DNA of 64,000 nt from Dimorphilus gyrociliatus (Eukaryota > Animalia > Annelida). Position numbers and translations under genes: made by a program. Each line of letters begins with the position of its first letter. Position 1 is the stretch's first letter. Below are positions 63,998 to 64,000 of this stretch, piece by piece. The notes under the pieces are model-generated. The model made no database searches. It saw only the letters and a program-made list of their open reading frames with translations, and was not told the DNA's origin. Location: contig CAJFCJ010000014.1 in NCBI GenBank assembly GCA_904063045.1, positions 2,177,899 through 2,241,898 of the forward strand, given 5' to 3'.

Positions 63998-64000
63998 CTG

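Noticed and set aside
1-64000. tRNA, rRNA, snRNA, conserved miRNA, CRISPR array, telomeric repeats
   Set aside because: No T-loop/cloverleaf, rRNA-like block, known miRNA mature sequence or spaced direct repeats seen by eye. tRNAscan and Infernal would be needed to exclude divergent ncRNAs.

Overview
Eukaryotic (metazoan) DNA, very AT-rich (roughly 25% GC by eye), gene-dense, with many 55-70 nt GT-AG introns. This fits a compact-genome invertebrate; a miniaturised spiralian such as the annelid Dimorphilus is my guess and cannot be proven from the window. The ORF track fragments the genes, so I spliced them by hand. This gives 17 complete and 2 window-truncated protein-coding genes. In order: the end of an ankyrin/SOCS-like gene, an orphan class A GPCR, a Sidestep-type 5xIg+FN3 receptor, a catalytically dead carboxylesterase, an intronless disordered orphan, an intron-rich PqaA/AprA-family secreted hydrolase, SLC22 and MFSD4-like transporters, a second GPCR, a CD225/dispanin, a small amidated cysteine-rich prohormone, a RING-TRAF, an otopetrin, a secreted 4xVWA protein, a small reduced-VWC protein, a divergent GLUT, a claudin/PMP22-family protein, and the 3' part of a coiled-coil gene. 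I found no rRNA, tRNA or CRISPR. The best lead is the 93-aa prohormone at 28865-29146. Its cysteine framework and several residues resemble the CHH/ITP neurohormone fold, normally considered ecdysozoan, and it sits next to a ~10 kb coding-free region. Other leads are the head-to-head otopetrin (13-His loop) / 4xVWA pair, the PqaA/AprA gene, the pseudo-esterase and a recurrent CTCF-like motif between genes. All homology calls come from motif recognition by eye; no database search was run.
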